A stretch of DNA of 64,000 nt from IMG/VR virus record IMGVR_UViG_3300028590_000007. One strand, given 5' to 3'. The stretch comes from an uncultured virus (IMG/VR IMGVR_UViG_3300028590_000007). Taxonomy: Duplodnaviria; Heunggongvirae; Uroviricota; Caudoviricetes. The notes under the pieces were generated by a model. It was given only the letters and a program-made list of their open reading frames with translations. It did not search any database and was not told the DNA's origin. Below are positions 1-11,109 of the stretch, piece after piece. The first letter of the stretch is position 1; each line of letters begins with the position of its first letter. Made by a program: the position numbers and the translations under genes.

Positions 1-283
1 GACTCTAATCGCCTTTAATACAGGATGGGTCCAGATGTAGGTGCATCCTCCGTGGGACAAGGCAATAGCAACAACCTTGTTATCCGCATTGGAGGCTCCG
101 ATAATGGATTTGACCCTGTCGACCACCTTGGTTTTTACAGGTGCCAAATGAGACCATTCGTATGCTTGTGCGATGACTTTGAATTTCTCGAAGACATCGG
201 CTCTTTGCATGAATCCGCTAATCATTTCGTCGGATAGAACGACGATAGCTCTGGCTCTCTCAAAGCCCTCAGGAGTCGCAGGA

Positions 284-754
284 TCACGGTGTAGGACTTG
301 TACCTTCATTGGGTGGGGTTGGTGGTTTCTGCAGGAGATGCAATGCCGTTGCTGCTGGACCTGGTACATCTGTAAGCAATGGGTCGATGTAGTGGATCTG
401 CAGGAGATCTGCGATGTCACTATGGCTCAACTGTAGCTTGTCATTGACTTGGATGAAATCGTAGGCTCCCTTGTTTCCCGGTGTACCGAAGTAAGGTTGA
501 TAATGCTTTCCTGAGGTAGCCCAACCAAAGTATGCCGATACGTGGGACACACGCCTCGTAGCATCTGGTTGCTCCTCTTTCATGACATCGAGCGCCACTT
601 CCATACAGCAGCGGGTGAAGTAACCCGGTTTACCCGGGGATTCGTCGCAATGCTTTTTCCAAGCTCCACGACACTCCTTGCCATTGTTATCCTTGAGTGC
701 TGTGTGGAGCTTTTGGTTGCGTTCCAGTTTCTGTTCCTTGGTGGGTTCTTCCAT
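284..754 (-). CDS. hypothetical protein, paralog of 2182-2670
   Basis: Shares ALxxNNGKExRxAW(K/R)K, SA(Y/W)FGW and Q(V/L)NDxLxLSHxDIA motifs with 2182-2670. Confidence 0.75.
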   Translation of the reverse strand: MEEPTKEQKLERNQKLHTALKDNNGKECRGAWKKHCDESPGKPGYFTRCCMEVALDVMKEEQPDATRRVSHVSAYFGWATSGKHYQPYFGTPGNKGAYDFIQVNDKLQLSHSDIADLLQIHYIDPLLTDVPGPAATALHLLQKPPTPPNEGTSPTP

Positions 755-1048
755 ACTGTTGGTTATTTGCGTGTGAATTTTCTGCGGTTCTTTTTGTATT
801 TGTATCTCGGAGGACGGCGGAGCAGGTCCATGAGAATTTTAACCAGCACACCTGTTGCTTCAGCAAGCTGGTCTATGAATTCTTTGGCTGCCTTGTTCCC
901 CTCCTGATACCCCATGTAAGGGAAGATCTCCACAGGTTCACCACATCGGGTAACCTCTGTGGTACCTTCCCATGAAGTGTAAGTAATCTCGTAACCTTTG
1001 TATTGTGATGTGGAAATCATTTGAGGAAGAGTTAGTGCTTCTCATTAA

Positions 1049-1058
1049 TATATAGCAC
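1049..1058 (-). promoter_or_regulatory. recurring promoter-like motif GTGCTATATA (representative copy)
   Basis: About 13 similar copies, each at the head of a minus-strand gene block; the 18-mer ctcattaatatatagcac is identical at 1041-1058 and 56841-56858. Confidence 0.7.
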
Positions 1059-1081
1059 ACAGGTACAATGAGTTGCGGCAA

Positions 1082-1564
1082 TCAGAGGGCTGCAAACTCC
1101 AGTTTCTTTTTATCTATCTGTTCTTGTAACTGCGACTCCATCAAACTAAATAGCGCAGGGTTAGGAGCGATACAGGGATCAAATGACGATGGAGCCGCGC
1201 TATTGCAAACAAACACAAACACTTGCTTTCCAGAATTAACAGAGGACTGTAGTCGAGTTATGGACTTTTCCAGATTGGCAATATCTATCTCCAAACCTAC
1301 TGCCTTCATGAAAGTTTCTTCAGATGCGTAAGAAGTAAACTCTTTCAGGAGTGTCGCCTTTCTATCCTCAAAGTAATTGCTCAGGCCCTCTACGTGGGTA
1401 CGTGTGAACTTGACCTTTTTGAAAGAGTATGAATTTCTATGGAAGTCTACTCCCAATACCTCTGACGGTCTAAGAGTGACACCTGCGAGGTTGGTGACAT
1501 TTGTTTCGACGATGTGAAGCTCGGATTTGATGTCCTTGAGCCTTTGAAGAGTTTCGTAGGTCAT
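1082..1564 (-). CDS. hypothetical protein
   Basis: 160 aa ORF in run of minus-strand genes. Confidence 0.65.
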   Translation of the reverse strand: MTYETLQRLKDIKSELHIVETNVTNLAGVTLRPSEVLGVDFHRNSYSFKKVKFTRTHVEGLSNYFEDRKATLLKEFTSYASEETFMKAVGLEIDIANLEKSITRLQSSVNSGKQVFVFVCNSAAPSSFDPCIAPNPALFSLMESQLQEQIDKKKLEFAAL

Positions 1565-2181
1565 GTGTGGTAAAAGTTAGTCATATGCCCTACTGGAGTG
1601 GGTAGTTCCAGTAGGGCTACTTGGTTAGTTGTTAATGTAGGGTGAAATAGTTGTTAATCCTGCGGCGTACTCACCTTCCGGCAGTGGTTGGAGGTACTGG
1701 TAAAACATACATTGAACGCGGGGATGCCAGATAGGTCTGCCCTGTCTGCGTGTTCACTATTTCGAACACTGCCTCAGCATCTCCCTCAGTGGTGGTTGCC
1801 TTCTTGGGAGTGACCGTATAGCTGGCAAGTGGCAGGACTGAAAGACGTGCTTGCGCTTGAGTCTTCCTGTCTATCTCCATGGCGTATGGATATGCCGCTA
1901 TGATGATGCCAATAATGCATATGATCCAAATGAGGGTGACGATTAACTTGGGGATTGCTCTCATGAGTCTGTTGGTTAGTTGGTTTCGGTGTGTCCGCAC
2001 TTGGGGCATCCTATCTTTGCATTGAGAAGGAGAATCCCCCTGCACAGCAAAGATGTATGCCCACAGCGTTCACAAGGTATATGAAGTACAGTTGCTCCCT
2101 GCCATGCGTCCAAAGAAAAGGAATCAGAAATCAGTTCCAGATCTTTCAACTCATCAGCAATGGATTGTATAAGACGTGACA

Positions 2182-2670
2182 TCAGGCTGCTTTCTGATCT
2201 GCGATGAATTGTCTCAACGCTTTGGTGGTCAGTGAGAACGCGCCGGGGGTGAAAATCGGGGCAGGTATGCCGTCTGTGAAAGGTTTAACAAAACAAGCTC
2301 TTACCATAATAGCGATGTCCTCATGGGACAGCTCCAGATTGTCATTGAGTTGAAGCGGTCCCATGATTGGACTACCAAAGTGAGGCCAAGAATCGACCGG
2401 GCGGTTACTTAACATACCCCAGCCGAACCACGCGGATGCGCGATATATGCATTGATCTGGAGCTGCTTGCACAAAGGCATGGTCTACCGTAGCACCTTTA
2501 TCTTCCCTCGCCCATACGTCGACCACCACCGTAAGGAAGCACCGACACTCATTATCACCGCTCTTCTTGCGCCAAGCGCATCTGGCTTCTTTTCCGTTAT
2601 TCTCTTCAAGTGCAACGGCGAGCAGCTCATTGCGACGGGCGTATTCAAGTATTTCTTCTTTGGGGTTCAT
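2182..2670 (-). CDS. hypothetical protein, paralog of 284-754 (start moved to MNPKEE)
   Basis: Shared motifs with 284-754; the longer predicted start lies inside the promoter motif at 2703-2712. Confidence 0.75.
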   Translation of the reverse strand: MNPKEEILEYARRNELLAVALEENNGKEARCAWRKKSGDNECRCFLTVVVDVWAREDKGATVDHAFVQAAPDQCIYRASAWFGWGMLSNRPVDSWPHFGSPIMGPLQLNDNLELSHEDIAIMVRACFVKPFTDGIPAPIFTPGAFSLTTKALRQFIADQKAA

Positions 2671-2769
2671 ACGTGTGTGGGAGGATTTGTTATCCTCACA
2701 AGTATATAGCACATAAAAAAGAAGAAGTGCCCGTCAGGGAGCACCTGACGGGGTTACTTCTTTTAAACC

Positions 2770-3555
2770 CTAAAACGCAACAACGCGGGCTTTGTCCAAC
2801 TGCTTGATGAAATAGTGCAGGTAACAAGGCATGATATGCGCTACCAATTCAGTGATAGGCATGGACAGCGATTGCACGAACACTTTGTCAATGGCAGCTT
2901 GGTCACCTTTGAACATAACCTTACCCACCATTTGCCGAAATCCAAGCATCTGGAACGGTGGTATTGTTTTCATCTTTTCTTCAACCTCCTTACGCAGTGT
3001 GGCAAGCTCCGTCATATCCTTCACTTTGACCACAGGACCATACAGACCACGCTGATTGGTTGTGGGTTCTTGTGCTAGGATATCGACAGGAGGTGCTTTG
3101 GATACTGTGATCTGCGGCTTGGAGGGTGCTGAGTGTTTCCATGTGTACAGCTCCTTTTTCTCAAGTGGACGAGCATATGCGCACTCAGACTTGATGTTGC
3201 TGCAGTATGGGCGACTAACGATGGTGATCTCGTCGCACTCAAGATTGCAGATCCATCGGCGCCGGTTGTATGTGAAGTGAATCCTGACCGTACCTTCATA
3301 GAAGAGAACGAACCCTCTCGACGTTACGATCTTTCCGTTATGTTCGTGCCTTACAGACACGACATCGCCTTCATAGATCATGCGGTCATTTTGGTCAATG
3401 ATTCCCGTGGAACGATACACCCGGTAGTCTTTTCTGGAAATAGCCTGTAAGCCTAAGGCATCCGGGATGTAGAGAACACCGTTGGAAGAAGCAAGGACAT
3501 TGGGTACAAACCGTCCTGTCTTCTTATTGATCACTCTGAATGGGTTGATGTTCAT
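2770..3555 (-). CDS. YopX-family phage protein
   Basis: N-terminal STGIIDQNDRMIYEGDVV matches the YopX TGxxDxNGxxIYEGDIV signature. Confidence 0.75.
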   Translation of the reverse strand: MNINPFRVINKKTGRFVPNVLASSNGVLYIPDALGLQAISRKDYRVYRSTGIIDQNDRMIYEGDVVSVRHEHNGKIVTSRGFVLFYEGTVRIHFTYNRRRWICNLECDEITIVSRPYCSNIKSECAYARPLEKKELYTWKHSAPSKPQITVSKAPPVDILAQEPTTNQRGLYGPVVKVKDMTELATLRKEVEEKMKTIPPFQMLGFRQMVGKVMFKGDQAAIDKVFVQSLSMPITELVAHIMPCYLHYFIKQLDKARVVAF

Positions 3556-4633
3556 AGGTCAGATGACTAGGTTCAATGCTTTCATCAACCCTAGGAAAAT
3601 AACCAGAGTTATGAAGAAACCGACAAACCGGAAAATCATACCGAGGGGCAGCCAATCCGGGGCTGCTTCCTCCCACTCATTGAGTTTGTTAAAAAAGTTT
3701 TTCATGTTATGAGCTAGTTCGTGTGTGTTGATTTTGTGCGTAGGGGAGTAGTCTCCTCCAAGTTTATATAGCACATAAAAAAGAAATACTGCCCTCCACC
3801 AGTCAAGGCAGAGGGCAGTAAGATCACGTGAGCTGATTGGACCAGCGGGAGCGGAGTTGTCGTCTGATTTTGTTGCGAGTCGAGTGGATTCGACGTAACA
3901 CTATGGGGTTATTGATGATGGGGCGAGGGCCTGTCGGCATCATTTCAACCTCAGCAAGCATGGCAGCCATGGATTCATAGCTGCGACCTACTTTGGTGAA
4001 CCGACACTGTCTTGTAATGGAGAATCTTGCCATGTGTATGATAAAAGAAAACCCACCCTGTTGCTAGCAGGGTGGGTAGGATTATTCGAAATAGTCGTAG
4101 GGCGGATGACCAGTAAACTGCTCAGTCGCACACCACGTTATCTCGACCGCGTAGCCGATACCGAAATTATTTATATGTCCGTAAAACAATCCGGCAGGTG
4201 TTTCCGCCAGCCAGTTGTATGCGTCTATACAAGCGAAATCAGTCATCTCGCTACCACCGGGTATGTATTCCTGTACTGCTTCGATATATGTTGTTGCCAT
4301 AGAGTAGGTTGATTTAGTTCTCTAGACACAACAACATGCTTTTACTCAGCAGACCAGCCGTACTGGATTTGTGTATTGGCGTATACGCCTCCGACGATGA
4401 TCTCCTCGTACCACCACTCGGGGTAACCCCCGTTGGCACGCTTGACCATATCACAGTGCTCGTTCCACATGTCCGACGAATTGGATGAGGACATGAGGTG
4501 CTTCACATCTTTGACGGTCGTAAGGTCGAGGGACTCGACTGACTTGGCTTCGTTTTGTTCTTGGTTTTGTTCCGGTTTGTCTTGCATGGTGAGAGAGGGG
4601 TGAGCGGGGTTACCTCGGTAACCCCGCTATAGA

Positions 4634-5386
4634 CTACGATGGGAGGATCAGGTCGTCCTGATGTCCTCCGGGACCGTGGATCTTTCCACAACCCGGACAT
4701 GGTTTTCCGGGAGCAAACAGATCCGCCAGTTCTTCAATACTGTCAACCGAGATGACCTTCACATCCGCAATGACGGCACCTTTCGATTGTGACATGGTGC
4801 GGGTGATCTGGTCATGCATGACGACCTTTGCCTGACGCAGACCGATCTCGACGATGTCATTCGAAATAGGTCTCGCCTTGGCCAAACGTTGGTGCAGCTC
4901 CAGCAAACGATGCATGGCGTTATCCATGACAACATCTTCCGGTGTACCCACTGACGCCTCGGCGGTTGCTGCGGCGGCGAGGGCTGGGAAGAGTTCCGCT
5001 GTTTCCGGGTACATTGCCGCCAGCATCTTGCGATACTTGGTGGACGTGTGGAGGATCTCCATGGAAGTGATTGCCTTGAAATCGTGCAGCCACTCTTCTG
5101 GAACCTCAAACTCCCAGTTCACGACTTCAGGGATATTCTTGTCAGTGGTACCTGACACGAGACCCTTCATCGCTGCGATCTTACCGTTTTCCGCTGCGAA
5201 CTGTTCGCTACCCATGGGACCGGTAACGGTGGAGATCCAGATGCGGTCTTTCGGCTTCTCGTCGAAATACATCAGTGGGCCGTGACCGTTCAGGAAGTTC
5301 GGGATGTCCTCCGCTTTTACTCCCAACATTGGGACAAGGAGGAAGGCCGCGGAACTGATTTTCTGAAGACTAGTGCTTGCGGACAT
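4634..5386 (-). CDS. hypothetical phage protein, C-terminal CxxC
   Basis: 250 aa ORF; CPGCGKIH near the C-terminus. Confidence 0.7.
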   Translation of the reverse strand: MSASTSLQKISSAAFLLVPMLGVKAEDIPNFLNGHGPLMYFDEKPKDRIWISTVTGPMGSEQFAAENGKIAAMKGLVSGTTDKNIPEVVNWEFEVPEEWLHDFKAITSMEILHTSTKYRKMLAAMYPETAELFPALAAAATAEASVGTPEDVVMDNAMHRLLELHQRLAKARPISNDIVEIGLRQAKVVMHDQITRTMSQSKGAVIADVKVISVDSIEELADLFAPGKPCPGCGKIHGPGGHQDDLILPS

Positions 5387-5671
5387 GATTTGTGCGGGGT
5401 TCGAGTTTGCTCAAAACAAAGGCATCGTACATATACAGGGACGCAGCTATAGCAAGCAGTATCCCAGCATAGGCAATGCATTTCGCGGATGTCAGGTCGG
5501 GTGCTCTCCAGCTGGAATCCAGCATGGAATACACTGCATAAGACAGTCCGAGTAGTAGGATGAGGAAGGACGCGATCATTGTCGACATGCGTACGACATA
5601 GATGCGTTTGTCTCCCATGTTATCAGTCGTTCTTTTCCGATTTGCCATGGCGTGTGTGCTTTGTGTGTTAT

Positions 5672-6331
5672 TTAGAAACCGCGGTCATTGTCTTTCTTGA
5701 TAATGCCGCTTTTTACCATGAGGTAGAACCTTTCGGTCATTACGCCCATGCATTTGTGGTTGGTGTCTGCCGTGTTTTCAAGGACGCCCTTTTTGCACCA
5801 AGTGACGATGGGCAGGTTTGTATTTCTCCTGATCCACATTGGGCCGTCACAATCAGGACACTCCACATCGCCATCCTTGACCTCTCCTTCCAGATCCGGT
5901 CGGCGTGACAGCGGTAGGTGCCATTTGCTGCATACAGGGCATTCCTTGTCTTTCCCCGAGCATGTCCCGCAGGTAGTCTTAGCCACCTCGTGGGACATAC
6001 CAGTCAACTTAGCTAGGAAGAACAGAGAATCAGAGGTCAGCTTGGAATGCTTGAATCTCTCATTTTCATACTCTTCCTCCATTATCGCAAGCCTTGCCAG
6101 CCTCTCTTCCCTTATTCGTCTGGCTTGCGCCCGGATGGACGCCATCATCAGCACAGCGCCGAGGATAGTACCCACCATGTAGGAAGACGATAGGACCGTG
6201 TAGACATTAACTTTGTCCTTGGGGATCTTGTGATCATACGATGCCTTGTATCGAATGGCTCCAATACAGCACATGGTTCCAAGGATAACAGACAGTATAC
6301 CGGAGAATAGGAGGCGTTGTTCTTTGCGCAT
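5672..6331 (-). CDS. membrane protein with C-terminal zinc-binding motifs
   Basis: Two hydrophobic segments, then CGTC, CPVC and CPDC. Confidence 0.6.
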   Translation of the reverse strand: MRKEQRLLFSGILSVILGTMCCIGAIRYKASYDHKIPKDKVNVYTVLSSSYMVGTILGAVLMMASIRAQARRIREERLARLAIMEEEYENERFKHSKLTSDSLFFLAKLTGMSHEVAKTTCGTCSGKDKECPVCSKWHLPLSRRPDLEGEVKDGDVECPDCDGPMWIRRNTNLPIVTWCKKGVLENTADTNHKCMGVMTERFYLMVKSGIIKKDNDRGF

Positions 6332-8674
6332 TTAAGTTAATTGGATTTCAGGGGGTTCTTCTGGTGGAGGTGCGTGAGCCTCAAACCATGCGTCGAACTC
6401 GTTTCGCGTTGTCCACGAGACGAGTTCGTTGTCTTTCAACATCTGAGCGTACCATTTTTCAAAGGACGCGCTGTTGACGACAGTAGCTGCGCCTCCAGCA
6501 TTGAAGGCGGCGAGTAATAATGCTTTCACTTCTTGGGAGGTCCGAGAGTCTTGTCCACGTAAGCCTTGAAGTCATCCGGGATAGGGACCTCCATGATCTT
6601 CGCCTGCTTGAGCAGATGAGGATTGTAGTCACGAGTTGTCACCGTCGTGGTGGTGATAATAACTTTGCAATCCCCTAGCCACGAGAAGATGGCGCTTTTA
6701 CCTGATTCGAAGATATCCAGTTCACCGAAGCCTCCACGACCTTTGGGGAGCTTCTTGAGGAAGTCCACAGCCTCTTGAGAGATCTGCAGCTTCTCCATCT
6801 CCGTCACGAAGCCGATGTTACCTTTATTGGCAGGGCTGGCCAAAACTCCATCAGCTTTGTAATCCGAAATGATGCCTACATGTCCCCGATAGTAGAAACA
6901 CTGAGTCACCTTTGGGGTAGCTTCAGCTGTGTCCTTCTTGTCTTCCTTCGGTGTGGTCGCCTTCATCTTTGCCCTCGGCTTGACTGGGGTTTCCTTCTTT
7001 TTCTGGCCGGTCTTCTGCGCCGCCTGCTTCGTTTGCTTTGGTTTCGTTTGAGACATGTACTGGTTTTCGTGCTGGAGGTGTGTACTCTGGTGTATGTCTT
7101 GCGAACGCGGCCTGCGCGTCTTGTTGCCATTCCGGCGAAAACAGCATGGCGCCTATAGCATCTCCGATGTGGTATGTGATCTGACGGTATTGCTCCCGGT
7201 CAACATAGAACGCAGGTCCTTTCTGCCCATTGGAGCGGCTTTTCTCCAAGGCGAACAGGAAGTCCGTGTAGCTCATGTTCCAATCATCATCAATGTCTGC
7301 CTGAGTCTTCATTATCAGAAGAGCAAGACTTTCCTTGGTCTCGTTCTTCAGTTTGCTGTTATGTGGGAACGACACAAAGTCGCTGGGTCGCAGTTCTTTT
7401 ACGGGCATGGTGGAACTTGTTCGGGTGGGATGTAGTAATAGTTATCCGTAACATGCCCCAGTTGGAGCCTGCTAGGAGTGGCGTACCTGTGGTACTTCTC
7501 AAAACGGAAGTCGTGGTTGTAATGAGCATCTTCAGGAGGAGTCTCCAGAAGCTTGATCATGTACTCGGGATTGAACTTGAAACGAAAGATGGCTCCTTCT
7601 TTCAGATGTTCAAACTGAACCAGTATTCCTATCCCATCCGAAACTTTGCCGAAGTTCCTACGCCTTCGTGCCCGTTTCAGCTTTTCCGGTGTATCAACAG
7701 TATCGAGGGACATGGTGTGCGTATTTCATGAGGACGTAATACCCTCAAGATTATATAACACATATCAGCCTCTCTTATCATCAGGGAACATAGCATGAAG
7801 GATCACATCGAGGATCCTTAGCTTGTTGTCCAGCTGGTAGTAATAGTACTCGGAGAACCTTCGTTTGATGATCTGCGGCAGTGTCAGCTTGAGAGAGGGC
7901 CACCGCCACCACATAGGAATCGCCGATACCTTAAATGGATCGTTGCATCCCTGCACATGGTAGGTGTCTTTCCCAAGAGCACAACAAATGGAAACCATCA
8001 GGCTGTGCGCACAGTCATAGTACTTCTGCTGAGTGAACGAAATGATCAGCAGATTATCATCCCGGTTGATGTTCAAGATGTCCTCAGGTAGCTCCCATTT
8101 GTTGGCACGCAAGCGCAGGCCAACAAATATGTGCCCGAAGAGTTCTTGGAAGTCCGGGGTAAACAGAGAGAACAGCTTGTTCTTCTGATCGAGTGTGACG
8201 TTAATTGCTAGGTGGTTGTATTTCGCTTTGGCCATAAAGATAAATAGTTTTGTGAGTTAATACCCACAAAACTATATAACTCCCACAGCTCGGCTATTGC
8301 TCGATTTTACTTCCTTGAGGCAGGAAGCTCCTGAGCCTTAAGCTCTTTCAAAACTCGCTTACTCTGTGCAACATTTAGGATCGCGCCCACCTTACGGTAT
8401 TTACAGGCTAGTGCAGTGGCTTGCCGAACGCTAACAGAAACGTTCTCAGGGATCATCGCGAGGACGATCTCTTCTTGTCCATCATACACTACGACAGCAC
8501 CATTGATCCCGTGTTCGAAGTTAACGCCGAGAGATGCCACCCGTTTGGCTTTGCGGTTCTTGGAGGTTGCCATTTCGGAGATAAGTGTAGCTGGTTCATT
8601 GCATAAAGGGAACTGGAATTAAATTGAAATTAGCACTTGCATACTGGTTGGTTAAAGGCCACCGTGAGCAGGTA

Positions 8675-9313
8675 ATGAATAACGAAGCACCTCGTCTGAT
8701 CGCCGTTTCCGCTTTTGCGCAATCGGGTAAAGATACCTTCTATGAGTTCCTGAAACACCACGCACATGATGCTTGGGGTATGAAGGTTCACAAATGGAAA
8801 TTCGCTGATGCACTCAGGCAATCAGTCAGAGAGGAATGTCTGGAACTTGGTATTGATCCTTGGACCGAGCACCCTGATGAGAAGGAGATCATCCGCCCCA
8901 TCCTTGTTCGTGTTGGTCAAGAAGCTCGTGCCAAGAACCCTGATCACTGGGTTGAGACCCTCCTTGCAAACAAGCTACCGTTGAATGGTATCGTCGTCAT
9001 CACTGACATGCGTTACGTCAATGAGCTACTCAAGGTGGAGGCTCAGAAAGATCCTGAGGACAAGTTCTATGTCTGGTTGGATCGCGAAGGGAAGGGTCCT
9101 GCCAACGATGAGGAGAAAGAGTATACTACTTTGCTGCGTGAAGAGCTGTTCAAATATGACAATGCTGTTCACTATGCATGGCTCAAGGACTTCGACAACC
9201 TCGCTTATGAGAACTGGGATTCCGGTTCCAAGGCTGAGATCTACAAGGATCTGACTGAACAAGTCTTCAACCCTATTCAAGAATACTGGGGTCTTAAAAT
9301 CGTTAAGCCATGA
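8675..9313 (+). CDS. deoxynucleoside monophosphate kinase
   Basis: P-loop SAFAQSGKDT, FADALR, RPILVRVGQEAR..PDHWV and VVITDMRYVNE are typical of phage dNMP kinases. Confidence 0.85.
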   Translation: MNNEAPRLIAVSAFAQSGKDTFYEFLKHHAHDAWGMKVHKWKFADALRQSVREECLELGIDPWTEHPDEKEIIRPILVRVGQEARAKNPDHWVETLLANKLPLNGIVVITDMRYVNELLKVEAQKDPEDKFYVWLDREGKGPANDEEKEYTTLLREELFKYDNAVHYAWLKDFDNLAYENWDSGSKAEIYKDLTEQVFNPIQEYWGLKIVKP

Positions 9314-9507
9314 AAAAGCGACCCACTCGTATTATAGAACACACTCGTCCTAGTGGTACACAGTACTACACGGTTCAATTCAAACGATTTGGCATCTGGT
9401 TTACTTATGACGACGAGTGGACTGGGTCGTACACAACATTGGAAGACGCTAGAAAAGCTATATGCTGGTGCGATGGAACTAAATTTACAAAGAGAATAAT
9501 AGAATGA
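9310..9507 (+). CDS. small hypothetical protein
   Basis: Translationally coupled (ATGA overlaps) in a plus-strand operon. Confidence 0.65.
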   Translation: MKKRPTRIIEHTRPSGTQYYTVQFKRFGIWFTYDDEWTGSYTTLEDARKAICWCDGTKFTKRIIE

Positions 9508-9752
9508 ACGACAACCCTGTCATACAGAACAAACAATGGCGCAAGCAACTCGACGACATCCTGCAGGAACTACAAACTCCTCTAGATGGACGTAAGAGTC
9601 GAAACCGTTCAATTGCTATCACTCGCCTTGAGGACGTCATCATGCGACTTGGTCTTGATCTCAAGGAATTGAATGAAACCAATCCTTATCCCAATAGTAA
9701 GGATCCTACCAATGCTAAGATCGAACCTACAGCAGATGGGCTAAAGTTTTAA
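9504..9752 (+). CDS. Acb2/Tad1-like helical-hairpin protein (possible signal sponge)
   Basis: SRNRSIAITRLEDVIMRL resembles the RExSxAITKLEEAxMWL hairpin motif of Tad1/Acb2-type proteins. Confidence 0.55.
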   Translation: MNDNPVIQNKQWRKQLDDILQELQTPLDGRKSRNRSIAITRLEDVIMRLGLDLKELNETNPYPNSKDPTNAKIEPTADGLKF

Positions 9753-9767
9753 CACATAAAAGAATCA

Positions 9768-9797
9768 AAGAAGGGGACCCCGAAAGGTCCCCTTCTT
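9768..9797. terminator. bidirectional intrinsic terminator
   Basis: aagaaggggacc/ggtccccttctt inverted repeat between convergent genes. Confidence 0.8.
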
Positions 9798-9827
9798 CTT
9801 ATCTATGCCAATGGACTAACCCGGAAA

Positions 9828-10451
9828 TCAGTGTAAGTAAACCATAGGATCCTTGTGCAGAACCGTTGTAGTACCACGGTGACCGAAGTCATAGGCATTG
9901 ACATTCTGCGACTCAGGCATTGGTGTGTGGGCTGACCACGAGGTGAAGTACCAGTCACAGATGCCATGATTCGGCTTGAGGAAAGAACTGATACGCATAT
10001 CAACGCGCAGCTTATATCCCTCCTTCAAGTGAATGTCCTGCTGTACCATCTCTTTCCAAATACGAGTATCTTCGAGCCATTTTCTGCGAACAACAATCTG
10101 TTGCGAAAATGACATTACTTTCCTGTAATTGGAAATAGTCACGACTATGGCGTCCCTCCCGGGTACGTCGACCAGATCGAAGCGAACGGTGTCGATATGC
10201 TTCATCCATTCGACCTCAATTTGCGTCTTGAGGATATTGGCGATGCCCGTGACTGACTCGTCCTTCGGGAGGTTGTCCTTGAAGCTGCTGAGGTATGCTC
10301 CAATGAATTCCCGCAAGTACTCTTCCTTCATGTTTTCAGGAAGAGTCTTGAAGTTCATCACTTCTGGAGTAGCCAGAGCAGCCACCACAGGAGGAGCGCA
10401 GGTAACAGCTGCGAGACCGATAATGCCTTTGAAGAAATGCCTGCGTTTCAT
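9828..10451 (-). CDS. protein with twin-arginine (Tat) signal peptide
   Basis: MKRRHFFKG followed by hydrophobic stretch and AALA. Confidence 0.7.
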   Translation of the reverse strand: MKRRHFFKGIIGLAAVTCAPPVVAALATPEVMNFKTLPENMKEEYLREFIGAYLSSFKDNLPKDESVTGIANILKTQIEVEWMKHIDTVRFDLVDVPGRDAIVVTISNYRKVMSFSQQIVVRRKWLEDTRIWKEMVQQDIHLKEGYKLRVDMRISSFLKPNHGICDWYFTSWSAHTPMPESQNVNAYDFGHRGTTTVLHKDPMVYLH

Positions 10452-11107
10452 GCCATGAGATGAGGCCAGAGTTTGTAACCGTAGAACTGCTGCGCAGCGT
10501 AATGGATTTTGTCTGGGTCAATGCTACCCATACTGCTCACCAGACCGCAGTTGCTACCTGTGTAAGAATTCTTACCAAAGTAGTATGCAGGTCTGAATGA
10601 GTAGGCGAGCGGACGGGTGTTGGGATTCTTTTCAGATTCGTAAACAGCTTTGACCAAACTCTTGTACACAACCGTATCTTTCAGCGCTTCAATGTTCGCA
10701 CCGAGGATGATTATGTTGAATTCAGGAGCAGCCGCGTTCTTGTGGTGCTCCATGGGTCGTGCCTGAATCCGGATAGAACTGAGGAGATCCGAAGTGGCCT
10801 CTTCCAGAACTATCGTCAACATGACATCCGACTCACCGTCCCACCAGTCCTTGCGGTACATAGGTGGTGCGGATTGTGGGTTGTCCAGCAACGAGAAATG
10901 TCTGGAAACAGGACCAGACTTGATACCCAGGACAGCATGATCCAAAGCCTGCACAAAGGCACGTAAAGCCTCCGCAGATTCTTCTCTGGTCATGTCCTCG
11001 AATTCCAGTACCTTTGTTTCCTCAGGTACCGTGATTACGGCAGCCGAAGCTGCCGTACAGAGGGTAGCAAATGCCGCTACTCCTCTGATGAAATCACGTC
11101 TTTTCAT
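10448..11107 (-). CDS. protein with twin-arginine (Tat) signal peptide
   Basis: MKRRDFIRG followed by hydrophobic stretch and ASA. Confidence 0.7.
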   Translation of the reverse strand: MKRRDFIRGVAAFATLCTAASAAVITVPEETKVLEFEDMTREESAEALRAFVQALDHAVLGIKSGPVSRHFSLLDNPQSAPPMYRKDWWDGESDVMLTIVLEEATSDLLSSIRIQARPMEHHKNAAAPEFNIIILGANIEALKDTVVYKSLVKAVYESEKNPNTRPLAYSFRPAYYFGKNSYTGSNCGLVSSMGSIDPDKIHYAAQQFYGYKLWPHLMA

Positions 11108-11109
11108 GG

